Shown here: one piece after another, positions 61,856 through 64,000 of the stretch
How the letters are laid out: every line of letters begins with the position of its first letter
How positions within the stretch are numbered: the stretch's first letter is position 1
Assembly (NCBI GenBank): GCA_045603925.1
Contig: JAZUNB010000011.1
Location: 1,734 to 65,733, forward strand
Direction of reading: 5' to 3'
DNA from: Eubacteriales bacterium
Lineage (GTDB): Bacteria > Bacillota > Clostridia > Oscillospirales > QAKW01
Length of the DNA: 64,000 bases
Position numbers and translations under genes: made by a program
Notes under the pieces: generated by a model
The model's input: the letters and a program-made list of their open reading frames with translations, nothing else
The model's database searches: none
Told to the model about the DNA's origin: nothing

Positions 61856-64000
61856 TTATCTACCGCGCTTTTTATCATGCATACGGGAGAAGATCTTGAT
61901 GAATTCAACAATGGGGATAATGCAAACAGCAAGAGCCAGAGCGATCCCGTATTCCATCAGATCCAGATGAGCAAGATTAAAGGCCTTCGCCAGGAAATCC
62001 ACCTCGATAACCAAAGTGGTCAGCAGGAAGGAAAGGATCCCTGCGCCCCAAAGCCACTTGTTCTGATGCTTCATTGTGAAGATAGAGCCGTGGAGAGAAC
62101 GCATATTGAAAGAATGGAAGATCTCAGCCATAGAGAGGGTCAGGAAGGCCATGCTGGTACCAAGATCCGCCGCATTATACATCCCCTGTGCAATAGCATC
62201 GGCATGATGAGCGGTCGCCAGCCAATAACGGCCGATCAGGTAAGATGCCAAGGTAATAACCGTAACCAAAACGCCCTGGTAAGCAACCGCAAAGCCAAGA
62301 CCGCCGGCAAAGATGCCTTCCTTGGAATCGCGGGGAGAGCGCTTCATCACATCTGCCTCGGGCTTTTCCATACCCAGCGCAAGAGCGGGGAAACAGTCGG
62401 TGATCAGGTTGATCCACAGCAGGTGCACAGGCTGGAAGATAGCAGGAGCAAAAATTGCGCCGCCGAGCGTAGCAAAGAAAATAGTCAAAACTTCAGAAAG
62501 GTTAGAGGCCAGCAGGAACTGGATCGCCTTACGGATATTATCGTAAATTCTTCTTCCCTCAGCCGCCGCGGATACGATGGTGGCAAAGTTATCGTCTGCC
62601 AGGATCATATCGGCAACATTCTTGGTAACATCGGTACCGGTAATACCCATACCAACGCCGATATCGGCATTCTTAATGGAGGGAGCATCGTTTACACCGT
62701 CGCCGGTCATAGCGGTGACCTTCCCCTTCTTACGCCAAGCGTTTACAATACGAGTCTTATGCTCCGGTTGAACGCGGGCATAAACAGAATACTTTTCAAC
62801 CTCGGTCTCGAATTCCTCATCGGAGATCTTGTCCAATTCAGCGCCGGTAATGGCCTGATCGGCGGAAGTAATAATACCCAACTGCATTGCGATGGCAACT
62901 GCAGTATCCTTGTGGTCGCCGGTGATCATAATGGCGCGGATACCGGCGGTGCGGCATTCATCGATGGCGGGCTTGACCTCGGGACGAACCGGATCGATCA
63001 TACCCACCAAGCCAACAAAGCAAAGCTCGCATTCCACTGTTTCGGAATCATAAACAGCGGGCTCTTTTTCCAGATTTTTCTTCGCAACCGACAATACACG
63101 AAGAGCCTGATCGGCCATCGCCTTATTAGCGGCAAGGATCTCTTCGCGGATGGCATCGGTCATTTCAACCTCTGCCCCGTTGACCAATACCTTGGTACAT
63201 CTCTTCAGCACTTCATCGGGAGCGCCTTTGGTAAACTGGATCAAAGCGCCGTTGGCATCCTTATGCACGGTGGACATCATCTTCCGTCCGGAATCAAAAG
63301 GAACCTCGCCCACACGCACCAGCTCATTCTTCTGAACATTTTTATCCAAACCGAGCTTATAAGCGTAATTCACCAGCGCACATTCGGTAGGCTCACCAAC
63401 CGCTTCATGGGTTTCGTTATCCAATTCTGCATCGGAGCAAAGAGACATGGCAGTAGCCAGCAGGGTCTCATCCTCGCCGTAGTGATCCACAACCGTCATC
63501 TTATTCTGGGTCAAAGTACCGGTCTTATCGGAGCAGATGATCTGGGTACAGCCCAAGGTCTCCACAGCGGTCAGCTTACGGATAATTGCATTTCTCTTGG
63601 ACATATTGGTAACGCCGATGGAAAGAACAATGGTCACAACGGTTGCCAAGCCTTCGGGGATCGCCGCAACTGCAAGGGAGATGGCAACCATAAAGGTATC
63701 CAGCAGAATCTCCCCGCTGAAGGCACCGTCCAGACCGGCACGGATCAAGTTAATACCAAAGATTACAACACAGATGCCGATAACCAGATAAGTCAGGATC
63801 TTACTCAAGCCTGCGAGCTTTTGCTGCAGAGGAGTCTTTCCTTCTTCTGCCTGAGAAAGAGCATCGGCGATCTTACCCATTTCGGTTTCCATACCGGTGG
63901 CCACAACAACCGCTTTACCGCGGCCGTAAACGACCGTACTGCCCATAAAGACCATATTTTTGCGGTCGCCAAGGGCAACATCACCGTTGGCATTCGGCTG
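61856..64000 (-). CDS. calcium-type cation-translocating P-type ATPase (P2; N-terminus beyond the window)
   Basis: Motifs CSDKTGTLTQNKMTV and MTGDGVNDAPSIKNADIGVGMG are present, with C-terminal TM helices. The reading frame stays open upstream of the listed Met to the window edge. Confidence 0.9.
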   Translation of the reverse strand, partial: QPNANGDVALGDRKNMVFMGSTVVYGRGKAVVVATGMETEMGKIADALSQAEEGKTPLQQKLAGLSKILTYLVIGICVVIFGINLIRAGLDGAFSGEILLDTFMVAISLAVAAIPEGLATVVTIVLSIGVTNMSKRNAIIRKLTAVETLGCTQIICSDKTGTLTQNKMTVVDHYGEDETLLATAMSLCSDAELDNETHEAVGEPTECALVNYAYKLGLDKNVQKNELVRVGEVPFDSGRKMMSTVHKDANGALIQFTKGAPDEVLKRCTKVLVNGAEVEMTDAIREEILAANKAMADQALRVLSVAKKNLEKEPAVYDSETVECELCFVGLVGMIDPVRPEVKPAIDECRTAGIRAIMITGDHKDTAVAIAMQLGIITSADQAITGAELDKISDEEFETEVEKYSVYARVQPEHKTRIVNAWRKKGKVTAMTGDGVNDAPSIKNADIGVGMGITGTDVTKNVADMILADDNFATIVSAAAEGRRIYDNIRKAIQFLLASNLSEVLTIFFATLGGAIFAPAIFQPVHLLWINLITDCFPALALGMEKPEADVMKRSPRDSKEGIFAGGLGFAVAYQGVLVTVITLASYLIGRYWLATAHHADAIAQGMYNAADLGTSMAFLTLSMAEIFHSFNMRSLHGSIFTMKHQNKWLWGAGILSFLLTTLVIEVDFLAKAFNLAHLDLMEYGIALALAVCIIPIVEFIKIFSRMHDKKRGR

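Overview
This is a 64-kb core-chromosome segment of a spore-forming Firmicute; gene content and synteny look Clostridia-like. I see no rRNA or tRNA genes, CRISPR array, IS element or prophage. About 61 protein genes are present and all but two lie on the minus strand. Many are linked by overlapping or abutting stop/start codons. Reading along the minus strand (high to low coordinates), the order is as follows. A partial Ca-type P-type ATPase comes first, followed by a HAD hydrolase on the plus strand. Then come a GerA-type germinant receptor operon with unusually short B and C subunits, and lon-engB-M50 protease-scpA-scpB-ytfI-ytfJ-dacB-rluB. Next are two lipoproteins and a 935-aa GHL10/amidase cell-wall enzyme preceded by a 281-bp imperfect palindrome. 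Then come an M16 peptidase pair, lgt-folD, three uncharacterised membrane or secreted proteins, and a VanY-like peptidase with a (PE)n linker. A DUF421/DUF4363/SipL-like sporulation cluster follows, then the tightly coupled chain recJ-relA-dtd-MBL-hemZ-like-ligA-gatB. After that comes rpmG-secE-nusG-rplK-rplA-rplJ-rplL. ridA and a T-box-controlled 10-gene branched-chain amino-acid operon follow rplL (leuA-ilvBNCD-leuCDB-DUF815 ATPase-ilvA). The remainder is a yigZ-family gene, a two-component system plus htrA, a PfoR-like EIIC membrane protein, two tandem CNNM/CorC-type transporters and a partial dus gene. Two non-coding structures stand out. The first is a mirror-symmetric array of eight hairpins joined by a conserved heptamer that flips orientation at the centre (8776-8981, in the ilvA 3' region). 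The second is the 281-bp nested inverted repeat whose basal helix overlaps the Shine-Dalgarno of the cell-wall hydrolase gene (49001-49281). All protein calls rest on motif and family recognition by eye from the supplied translations; no database search was run.
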